DNA of 52,756 nt, from IMG/VR virus record IMGVR_UViG_3300018063_000016, positions 1 through 52,756 of that record, one strand, 5' to 3'. The notes beneath the pieces were generated by a model that searched no databases, was not told the DNA's origin, and saw only the letters and a program-made list of their open reading frames with translations. The position numbers and the translations under genes are program-made. This document shows positions 27,600 through 38,600 of this stretch, piece by piece. The stretch is from a virus (Duplodnaviria > Caudoviricetes). Each line of letters opens with the position of its first letter. Positions within the stretch are counted from its first letter, which is position 1.

Positions 27600-29594
27600 A
27601 TGGCAACGATCGACGAGCTGCGCGACGAGATGCACCAGCGCGGCGCTGCGCGCAATCAGGAGGGGATGCGCATTCGCGCCGCGGTGGCCAACCCCCCGCC
27701 GGTAGATCCGCGCTTGCAGGCGCCGCAGGGCGACGTGCGCCAGGCGGTTGCCGCGCGCGAGCCGGTCACCGACCCGCGCCTGCAGCCGCGCCCCGCTGCG
27801 GACCCGCGCGCCGGCGTGGCTGCCAACGCAGACGCGGTGCAGCAACGCATGGCCCAGGTACGCCCCGCCGCGATCGACGCGCCGCCGGCGCGCCCGGGCG
27901 TGCAAATGCCCCCGAACGCCGGCCCGCAGCCGCGCGTCGCGCCGCAGCCGCTCGAGATCAACCGCGATCCGCGCGCAGCGTTCGCACGCCCCGCCGCTGC
28001 ACCCGCCGCGCCGCCGGCGATGCCACCCGCACCGCCGCCGCGCAACGTGGCGCCGCCCGTGGCCGCTGCCGCGCCTGCTGCCGCTGCCGCGATCGACTCG
28101 GCGCCGACGACATGGGCCGGACGCGCACGCGCCGCGATGGCGCCGATCACGCGCGCTGCCGGCCGCGCGCTCGCCCCGCTCGGGGTGGCGTATGAAGGTC
28201 TGGAGACTGCGCACGACGTCAACACGCCGGGCATGACCGACATGGACAAAGCCGGTCGCGTCGCCGAAGGCGGTGCGCGCTTGGCCGGCGCCGGCGCGGG
28301 TGCGCTGGCCGGCGCGGCGTTCGGCCCCGTGGGCTCCATCGTGGGCGGCATCGGCGGCTACTTCTCGCCCGACCTCGTCAACAAGGCATACAACTTCGGC
28401 CAGGGCGTCGTGCGCTACGCGCAGGGGGGCGACTTCCAGATGGGCGACAACCAGCTGGCCAGCGGCCGCGCGGCCGAGCTGCGCGCCAACGCCCGGCCCG
28501 CGCCGGCGGCGCCGCGGCCGGCGGCCAGGCCCGCGATCGACGCCCCACGGCCCTCCGGGGACAACAGGGCGGTATGGGACGCCATTGAACGGGACGCGCG
28601 CGCGACGGGCGTCATCGACAACTTCGCGTACGACATCGGCGGCCAGCGCGGCCGCATCGGTGGTGGCGGCCAGCAGGCTGCCGGCAACGGTGGCGACTAC
28701 GCCCCCGCCGCACCACGCCCACGCGCCGCACCGGCCGCAGCGCCGGCGCAGCCGGCCGCCATCGACCAGGGACCTCGCCCCGCTGCCCCGTTCGGGCTCA
28801 TCCCGCCCGAGAACCCCGCCGGCCTGACGGCTGATGACCTGGCCCGCCCGCGCACGCCCGTGTACGCCGTGCCCGGCGCCGATGGCAGCGTGCAGTACGT
28901 GTCGGCCGAGTTCGGCGCGGGTGAGGGCCAACCGATGCAGGCGGACCCGAACGCGGCCCTGCCGCGTCCCCGCCTGTCCCCGATGCGCGCCGAGGGCGAC
29001 GTGCAGCCGGTCTACACCAACGCCGCCAACGTGAACGCGTTCCAGGGCTCGGGCGTCGAAGTGGTGAACCCCGGCGAGCGCTACGCCGCCAACGTGCGCA
29101 GGGCGGTACCCGAGGACGTGTCCGACGCGCGTGCGCCCGAGTACGGCGCCAAGCGCCAGGGCTACGCGATCGACCGCGCCAACCCGTACGACGCCGAAGT
29201 GCGCACCACCACCGCGGTGGAGAACGTCAAGGGCGAGCAGGACGTGCGCAAGCAGCGCGTGGCCAACGAGGGCACGACCGGCGCGGCCAGCATCAACGCC
29301 GGCGAGCGCCGCTACGCCACCGACGCCACCACCGCCAACGAGAAGGCCAAGCGCGAGGAGGATCAGTACGGCCACGCCCCGGGCGGGCAGTTCATCGGTC
29401 CGGACGGCATGACCGTGCTGCAGAAGCCCGCGGTGGTCTACAACAAGAAGACGGGCGATCCCAAGGCGGACAAGGCGAAGCCGGTGGTGTCCGAGGCCGA
29501 CGCGCACACGGAGGCGAAGGCTGCGATCGCCAAGGGCGCGAACAAGGACGTGGTCAACAAGCGCCTCAAAGAAGCCGGCTTCAAGCCGCTGTGA
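27600..29594 (+). CDS. putative DNA ejection/internal virion protein
   Basis: GAGGGAG SD; low-complexity Pro/Ala, glycine zipper (GAGAGALAGAAFGPVGSIVGG); precedes the giant protein. Confidence 0.7.
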   Translation: MATIDELRDEMHQRGAARNQEGMRIRAAVANPPPVDPRLQAPQGDVRQAVAAREPVTDPRLQPRPAADPRAGVAANADAVQQRMAQVRPAAIDAPPARPGVQMPPNAGPQPRVAPQPLEINRDPRAAFARPAAAPAAPPAMPPAPPPRNVAPPVAAAAPAAAAAIDSAPTTWAGRARAAMAPITRAAGRALAPLGVAYEGLETAHDVNTPGMTDMDKAGRVAEGGARLAGAGAGALAGAAFGPVGSIVGGIGGYFSPDLVNKAYNFGQGVVRYAQGGDFQMGDNQLASGRAAELRANARPAPAAPRPAARPAIDAPRPSGDNRAVWDAIERDARATGVIDNFAYDIGGQRGRIGGGGQQAAGNGGDYAPAAPRPRAAPAAAPAQPAAIDQGPRPAAPFGLIPPENPAGLTADDLARPRTPVYAVPGADGSVQYVSAEFGAGEGQPMQADPNAALPRPRLSPMRAEGDVQPVYTNAANVNAFQGSGVEVVNPGERYAANVRRAVPEDVSDARAPEYGAKRQGYAIDRANPYDAEVRTTTAVENVKGEQDVRKQRVANEGTTGAASINAGERRYATDATTANEKAKREEDQYGHAPGGQFIGPDGMTVLQKPAVVYNKKTGDPKADKAKPVVSEADAHTEAKAAIAKGANKDVVNKRLKEAGFKPL

Positions 29595-29600
29595 CGCCCG

Positions 29601-32600
29601 ATGTTCGCTGACCTGATCCCCGGCGACGGCGAGCAGCCGTCCGGCATGTTCGACGACCTGATCCCTGGCGCGAAGGCCAAACCCGCGCCGAGCTCGGGCA
29701 TGTTCGACGACCTCGTGCCGGCCGCGGCCGAGCCGGGTTTCGTCCCGACCATCAAGCGCACCGGCGGGCAGATGCTCACCGGGGTCGCGCGCGCGATCGA
29801 CGACATCACCGGGCCGAACGTCGTCACCGAGAAGATCCGCGACACCGGGCAGGGGATCGTCGACCGCAATCCCGCCGGCATCACGAGTCTCGGCGACGTG
29901 GTCGAAAAGCCGTGGCTGACGGTCAAGGAGTCGGTCGGGCAGATGGTCCCGCAGATCGCTGCCGGCGTTCCCTCGCGCATGGCCGGCGCTGCACTGGGCG
30001 CCAAGATCGGCGGCCAGGCCGCGGGCGGGCGCGGTGCACTGATCGGCGGCGCGATCGGCGGGCTCGCCCCGATCTTCGTGCAGGAGTACGGCGGCATCCG
30101 CGACGAGCAGATCGAGGGCGGCCAGGAGTCGATCCCGCGCGCGCTCGGCGGCGCCGTCGCGGCCACCGCGCTCGAGCGCCTCGGTCCGGAAGGCCGGATC
30201 ATCTTCAAGGGACTGAACCCGGTAGCGCGCACCGGCAAGGAGATTGCCGCGCAGGCCGGGCGCGACGTGCTCGTCGAGGGCGCCACCGAAGGGGCGCAGT
30301 CGGTCATCGAGCAAGTCAGCGCGTTCAAGGACCCGCTGGACCCCGCCAGCCTCGAGGAGACGGCGCTGTCGTCGATCATGGGCGGCGTCGGCGGGGGTGT
30401 CGTGGGCGGTGCGCACGCCGCGCTCAGCTCCGCGCTGGCGCCGGCCGACGTTTCACGGGGAACGTCGGACACGCCGCCACCCGCCGCACCCGCCGCACCG
30501 GTGCCACCCGTCGAGCCCGTTGCGCCCCCCGGGGATTCAAGTTCACCAAGTTCACAACGTTCACCGGGCGATCCGCTGCGCGACCAGGCGCTGCCCCCGG
30601 CCGGGCCGCTGTCCAAGGCGGTCAACATCGGCATCGAGGGCGAGGCGCAGCAGGCCGACACCGGAGCGCCCACCCCCGCGCCGATTAGCGGGGCTATGGC
30701 GGGCGTGCCGCCGGCGCCGGTACCTGCACAGGGCGAGGGCGACGATCGTGGCAAGGCGGCCGACGTAGCCCCGCCGGCACCCGTTTTCGTGCCCCCGCAA
30801 ACCCTGCCGCCGGCGTCCATCGATCCCGACCTCGCGCTCGACCGCATGCGCCGCACCAACGCGGCGTACGAGGAGATCGTCAAGGAGCGCGATCAAGCGC
30901 AACCGCCGCCGCCCCCGCCCGGTCCCCAGGTCGCCGATGTACTCGACCCGACCGGTAAACCTTTCCGAACCCCGCTGCAGGCGCGGCGCGCGGGCGCGAA
31001 ACAGGAGTTCCCCGACGAGTGGGCCATCGCCCAGGTCGACGGCGGGTACGTGCTGCGCGCGCGCGGCGTCGACAAGGGAGTGGGCGATGTTGCTGGTGTG
31101 CCTGCAGGAGCTGGTGCAGTACGAGGCGATGACGGAGGACGAGGCGATGGTGCTCGACCACTTCGCGAGGCTCCCCAGGACCTCGCCGCAGCGCCGGCGC
31201 TGCCCGCTGGAGTTGCTGGTGAAGTTCCAGCAGTGTTGGAAGCTGGCGCAGATGGACGAGTTGCTGATGACCCGGCACTGAGCGCGCCGCCGGCGCCCGC
31301 TACGATCGACCCCGCTGCCGCCCTGGTTAGTCCCGTTTCAACCCCGCAGGGGCCACAAACGGATTTGCTGGGCCAGGACGGCAGCAACCCGCCGCCGTCA
31401 GGCCCGATCACGCGCGCCGTGGCGGCGCTGCCTGCGACCCCTGCGACCATCGCAGGTGCGACCATCGCACCCCCTGCGACCATCGCGCCCACGGTGGACG
31501 AACGTACACCGACGCCGGCGTACGACTTCGACACCACCTTCCCGACGCCGCAATTCGAGGAGTTGGCGCGCGTCGGCCGCCTGTCGGTCTTCGAGGGCAT
31601 CGACGACATAGACATGCCCGGCGCCCTGGCCGAGTGGCATCAGGATGTCGCGCAGACCATCGGCCACGGCCAGAACACCGCCCGGGCCGACCTCGACCTG
31701 GCCGACGCCGGCGCCGACGCCACCGGCAAGAAGCTGACCCCCAAGCAGATCAAGGGGCTGCGCGAGTCCGCGCGCCAGTCGATCGACATCAACCGCGGCG
31801 AGCTCGACGACTACGCCGGCGAGTTCGGGCTCGACGCGGCCGACGCGTTCACGCGCTACGTCGCCCCCGAAATCGACGCGCTCGAGCAGCGCGCCGCGCC
31901 GGCGGTCACGCTCGACGCCAACGCGCACCAGGCCGCGGCATCGCCCACCAACGGCAAGCCCGAGCCGACCCGCGGGCAGATCGAGGCCGGAAACGCGGAG
32001 TTGGGGCACGACAACACGACGTTCCCGGGGCTCGACCTGTCATTCGAGAACCCGGCCGGCTCGGTGCGCGAGGACAAGGCCAACGTTCCGCCGAAGTGGC
32101 GGACCGTCATGGAGCATCACTATGGCTTCGTGAAAGGCAGCGTCGGAGCCGACAAGGACCACGTCGATGTGTTCGCGAAACCCGGTACCCCGGAGGGACA
32201 CGCGGGCCCTGTTTTCGTCGTCGATCAACAGCACCCCGATGGGGGGTTCGACGAAGCGAAAGTGATGCTAGGCTTCAACGACGAAGCCGAGGCGCGCACC
32301 GCCTACCTGTCGAACTACGAGCCGGGCTGGCAGGGGCTTCAGTCGATCACGCCGATGGCGTTTGACGCGTTCAAGCAGTGGGTGTTCGACAAGAAGGCAA
32401 CGCGCAAGCCCGCAGCTCAGTGGAGCGGCAATGGCAGGGAAGCCCCGAACGGAACGTCACGGTCTGAGCAAGACGCCGATGTACCGTCTTTGGCAGAACG
32501 TGAAGGATCGTTGCCTCAACCCGCGCAACCCGTACTTCCACAACTACGGGGGCCGGGGAGTGCAGCTTTGCCCGGAGTGGCGGGACAGCTTTCTGGCGTT

Positions 32601-35600
32601 CCAGAAGGCAGTCGGTCCTCGACCAAGTCCACGACATACGTTGGACCGCAGGGAGAACGACGGCCACTATCAGCCGGGCAACGTGCGGTGGGCGACAAGG
32701 AAGGAACAAGCGCACAACATGCGCAAGAACCGACTGCTGACGTTCCAAGGAAGGACGCAGACACTGACGGCCTGGTCGGAGGAACTGCGCCTGCCGACCG
32801 CGACGATCTACAACCGGCTGCAGCGCAAGGGGCTGAGCGTGGAGAAAGCGCTCAGCCTGCCGCGGGGCAAGTACACCTACAGGCATCGACAACCAAAGTT
32901 CGCCCCGGCGGCAAGCGCACCCTAGCCGATCGCCGCGCCGAGGCCGCAGATCAAGCGAACGCGGAAATACAAGCAGTCAGCGCGCAGACTGCACAGTCTG
33001 CCGGCACAGCGCTTGACGCGCAGCGCGCCGCCCAGGTTGCCCCAAGTTCCGCCCAGGTTGCCCCAAGTGGCCCCATCCAGCAGGTACCGAACGAGCCGGG
33101 CGTCGGCTACGTGCTGCCGTCGTTCGTTACCGCGCAGCAGACCGGCGGCAAGCGCACCCTGCAGGACCGTCGCGACGAAGTGAAGGCCGCGCAGACCCTG
33201 CCCGCACCATCGGGCGGCCTGTTCGCCGAGTGGAACGGCCAGCGCCACGCCGTCGAGTCGATCGAGGACGCGCAGCGCAAGTGGGATGCGTTCCGGCTCG
33301 AGGCAGTCAAGCAGGGCGCTGGCGCCAGCGCTGTCGGCGATGGCGTGCGCGTGGTCGACGCGCAGGGCAAGCACGTCGCGAACATCTCCTACAACGGGCG
33401 CGCATGGACCCCCGAGGGGAAGCCGATCGAGGCACCGAATACAGGAATTCATGAAGTCACTTCCACAAAACCGGAAGTCCCCGATGCCGCGAACGAGGGT
33501 GCGAGCACTGTTGCCGCAACTCCCCCAACGGAACAAACTCCAACACCAGAGGCCCCCGCAAATGATCCCGCCGCTGCAATCCCTGCGCCTGCGCTCGATA
33601 AGCCGCTGGCTGACGGACGTGTACCCGAAGGAGTACGCGAGCTCGACCCAGTCCGAGGCGCTGCAAGCCCGCGCGACGAGCCTGGACGAGCAGATGATCG
33701 AAACCTTCGAGGAAGCGGACAGCGCGCTGATGCATCGCCTGATGCGGGCGAACAAGTGGGGGACGGAGGAAGGGCTGCAGACGTACAACACGGATCGGAT
33801 GGTCCTGTGGCAGCAGGTGTGCAGCGACTACCTGCCGACACCAAGCGAGGACGAGACTTCCGAGCCACCCCCGCCGACCTCGAGCGAAGCGGAAGCTGGT
33901 ACGACACCGCCCGACGCAACGTCGACCTGATCGACCTCGCGCGCAAGATCGACGCCGAGAAGCGCCCGGCCACGCCGGCCGAGCAGCGCGAGCTCGCCAA
34001 GTACGTGGGCTTTGGCGCCGGCGAGATCCGCAACAAGCTGTTCCCGATCCCCACCGAGTACGACCGCCAGCGCGAGCCGCAGCGCCTGGTTTGGCCCTCG
34101 CGCGTGTACGACGAGAACTGGCGCGCGCTGGCCGAGCGCATCGACGCGCTGCCGCGCGAGTGGCAGGAAACCGTCCTGCAATCGACGCAGTACGCGCACT
34201 ACACCAGCGGCAACATCGTCGCGTCCATCTGGAGCGGCGTGCAGCGCCTGGGCTTCACCGGCGGCAAGGTGTTCGAGCCCGGGCACGGCATCGGCTCGTT
34301 CGCGATGCTGATGCCCGACGCGCTGCACAAGGGCAGCAAGTACACCGGCATCGAGTTCGACGGGCCGACCGCGCTCATCAGCCGGCTGCTGTCGCCGCAG
34401 CAGAACATGCTGCACGACGACTTCACCAAGCGCCGTGTGCCCAAGGACTACTTCGACATCGCCATCGGCAACCCGCCGTTTGCGAAAACGAAGATCGTCG
34501 CCGACCCCGAGTACGCGAAGCTCAACCTGTCGCTGCACGACTACTTCTTCGCCAAGGCCATCGACCGCGTGCGTCCGGGCGGGCTGCTCGTGTTCGTCAC
34601 CAGCCACTACACGCTCGACAAGCAGACCGACAAGGCCCGCAAGTACCTCGCCGAGCGTGCCGATCTGCTCGGCGCGATCCGCCTGCCGCAGACCGCCTTC
34701 AGCGACAACGCCGGCACCAAGGTCGTGACCGACGTGATCTTCCTGCGCAAGCGCGCACCCGGGGAGGCAAGCGCGGGCCCCGCGTGGCAGGGCGTGACGA
34801 AGATCGACACCAAGGACGGCCCGGTGGGCGTCAACGAGTACTTCGCCGCGCATCCCGAGATGGTGCTCGGGCAGCAGCGCCTGTCGGGCCACCGCGACGA
34901 CCGCGACCGCTACATCAGCGGGCTGCGCAGCGACGGCGAGTACACGGTCGTCTCGTACGACGACAGCGCCGCCGAGCTCGACGCGAAGTTCGCCAAGGCC
35001 GTCGAGCAACTGCCCGCCAACGCCTACTCGCCGCTGCAGCAAGACAGCGCCACTGTGAAGCGCGAGACCGCGCGCATCGACTTCGACCCGAAGGTCAAGC
35101 GCGAGGGGGTCGTGTACCTGGCCGACGACGGCACGCTGATGCGCGTCAAGGACGGCACCGGCAAGGCGCTGGCCGACGAAGTGAAGCTGTCCGACAAGGA
35201 CGCGCAGTGGTTCAAGGGCTATGTGGGCATCCGCGAGCTCGTGCAGCAGGCGCGCGCCGCGCAGTTCGTCGACGCCGACTGGGAAGGCGCGCTGAAGAAG
35301 CTGAACAAGGCCTACGACGCGTTCCGCAAGGCGCACGGGCCGCTGCTCGACTTTCGCGTGCAGGTCCGCAAGTCCACCGACGACGAGGGCAACGTCGTCG
35401 AAACCGCGACCCGCGTCTACAAGAATCGCCGGCTGTTCCGCGAGGACTACGACGCGGCCGTCGTGACCTCGCTCGAAACCGAGACCGAGGCCGGCGACAT
35501 CGTCAAGGCGACGTTCCTGAAGGAGCGCACGATCGGCAAGCCGGTGACGCGCGACGTGAAGACCATCGGCGACGCGCTGGCGGTCTCGCTGGACGAAACC

Positions 35601-38600
35601 GGCAAGCTCGACCTCGACGACATCGGGCAGCGCCTGAACCTCACCCGCGACGACACCATCGAGGCGCTCGGCAACCAGGTCTACCGCACCCCGCAGGGGC
35701 AGTGGCAGCTCGCCGACGAGTACCTGTCGGGCAACGTGGTCGAAAAGCTCGCCGAAGCGATGGACGCTGCGGCCGCCGACCCCGCGCTCGAGCGCAACGT
35801 CGAGGCCCTGAAAGCGGTGCAGCCCGACAAGCTCGGCCCGTCGCAGATCACGGTCAAGCTCGGCACGACTTGGGTGCCCGCCAAGCACGTCGACGTGTTC
35901 GCCAAGGTGCTCGAAGCCGGGGACGTCACCTTCGACCACAAGACCGAAACCTGGCAGGTTGAGGGCTCCACGTCGCGCTGGAAGGGCGGCACGGCTTCCG
36001 AGTACGGCACTGCGCTGCGCTCGCCGTCGTGGATTCTCGAAGCGGTGCTCAACAGCCGCGTCATCAAGGTCGAAATCCTCGACAGCGACAGGAAGATCGA
36101 CCGCGAGCGCACCGAGAAGGCCACCACCGCGGCCAACGAAGTGGCGCGCAAGATGCGCGAGAAGTTCAAGTCGTGGGTGTGGACCGACACCGACCGCGCC
36201 GTCGAGCTCGTCGAGCTCTACAACGAGCAGTTCAACAACATCGCGCCGCGCGCCTTCGACGGCTCGCACCTGACGCTGCCCGGCGTGTCGCTGCGCTACA
36301 AGCTGCACCCGCACCAGCTGCGCGCCATCTGGCGGCAGATCCAGACCGGCAACGCCTACCTCGCGCACGCGGTGGGCGCCGGCAAGACACTGGAGATGAT
36401 CGCCGGCGGCATGGAGCAAAAGCGCCTCGGGCTGATCCGCAAGCCGATGTACGTGGTGCCCAACCACATGCTCGAGCAGTTCGCCAACGAGTTCATGGAC
36501 GCGTACCCGCTGGCCAACGTGATGGTCGCCGACGACGAGAACTTCTCGAAGGAACGGCGCAAGGCGTTCGTCGCCGCGGCCACGCTCAACGCACCCGACG
36601 CGATCGTCATCACGCACAGCGCATTCGAGCGCATCGGCGTGAAGGAAGAAAGCGTCAAGCCGATCCGCGACGCGATCGTCGGCGACCTGCACGCCGCGCT
36701 GCACGACACCGGCAAGGACGAGCGCGTGAAGCGCCAGCGCCTGGAGCAGCAGATCGAGCAGACCAAGCAGCGCTTCGACAAGATCGTGGGCGCTGGCACC
36801 AAGGACTCGACGACGCACTTCGAGGACATGGGCGTCGACTTCGTCTACGTCGACGAGGCGCACACGTTCCGCAAGCTCGACTTCACGACCAACCAGCAGA
36901 TCAAGGGCATCGACCCCACCGGGTCGCGCCGCGCGCTGGACCTGTACGTGAAGACACGGTTGCTCGAAGCCCGGCGCCCGGGCCGCTCGATGGCGTTCGC
37001 CTCGGGGACGGCGGTCACCAACACGATGGGCGAGCTCTACACGGTGATGCGCTTTTTCGCGCAGGCCGAGCTCGAGCGCTCGGGCATCTCGACCTTCGAC
37101 GCGTGGAGCCGGCAGTTCGCCGAGTCGGTGACGGCGCTCGAAGCCAACGCGGCCGGCGTCTACGAGCCGGTCACGCGCTTCGCGAAGTTCGTCAACATCC
37201 CCGAGCTGATGAGCCGGGTGCGCATGTTCATGGACGTGCTCAACTCGGAGCACCTGGGCGCGCTCGTCGAGCGCCCCGACCTCGAGGGCGGCAAGCCGAA
37301 CCTCGTGGTGGTGCCGGCCACCCTCGCGCTGCAGCGCTACATGAGAACGGTGCTCGAGCCGCGCGTCGCCGCGTCGCGCGCGTTCAGGCAGCGCCCGGGG
37401 CACCCCAACCCCGACCCGATGATCGCCATCATCAGCGACGGCCGCTTCGCGTCGCTCGACCCGCGGTTCTTTGGCGCCGAAGTCAAGGCGGACACGCCGA
37501 CCAAGCTGACCGAGATGGGCGATGCCGTGGCCGCCGAGTACAAGGCGACCGCCGGCAACTCCTATCAGGACGTCGACGGGCGCGACGAGCCGGTCAAGGG
37601 CTCGACGCAGATGGTGTTCTACAACCTCGGGTTCGGCCAGGCGAGCCAGACCAACCGCGGCTTCAACGCGCGCACCGCGTTCACCAAACGCCTCGTCGAG
37701 AAGGGCATCAAGCGCGAGCACATCACGTGGTTCGACGACGCCGACTCGGACGCCAAGAAGGAAGCGGTGTTCAAGGCGATGCGCGCCGGTCAGATCCGCG
37801 TGCTGATCGGCTCGGCCAAGAAGATGGGCACCGGCGTCAACGTGCAGAAGCGCCTGTCGATGCTGCACTACTTCGACGCGCCCTGGTACCCGGCCGACAT
37901 CGAGCAGCCGCACGGCCGCATCCTGCGCCAGGGCAACCAGAACCCGGTCGTGCGCATCAATTGGTACACGACCAAGGGCTCGTACGACTCGACCATGTGG
38001 GACATGGTCGCGCGCAAGCAGCGCTTCATCGATCAGGCGTTTGCCGGCGACAAGACGCTGCGCACGATGGAGGACCTGAGCGAGGCGTCGCTGTACGAGC
38101 AGGCCGCCGCACTCGCCTCGGGCGACCCGCGCGCCATCCAGCTCGCCGGGCTGAAGCAGGACGTGGAACGCCTGGAGCGCTTGCAGGCCGCGCACGCGAG
38201 CGAGCAGATCAGCGTGAAGTGGGCGGTACAGACCGAGCAGTCGCACGTCGCCTCGCACACGGCCGAGGAAAAGAAGCTCGCCGCGGCGTTCAAGGCGATC
38301 GGCGAGCGCTACGTGTCGTGGGACGGTGGCAAGGTCGGCTCGGTGCACTACGCCAAGCACGGCGAGTTCGGCGAAGCCCTCAAGCGGGCCTTCAACCGCG
38401 TCGCCCTCGAGCGCACCGGCGACGACAGCAAGGCGTGGACGCAGCTCGGCAGCATCGAGGGCATGCCGATCAAGATGCGCCCGTACATGAACAACAAGGA
38501 CAAGCCCGAGGGCTTCGTCGTCTACCTCGACCTCGGGCCGCTGAGCGAGCACATCTTCAGCTCGGACGGCCAACTGCCGCCGGACACCAACACCGTCGCC

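Noticed and set aside
32400-32960. Group I intron or intein around the nested HNH
   Set aside because: No room for, or sign of, an intron core by eye; the HNH is out of frame so it is not an intein; host frame is open without splicing (an Infernal search is still needed)
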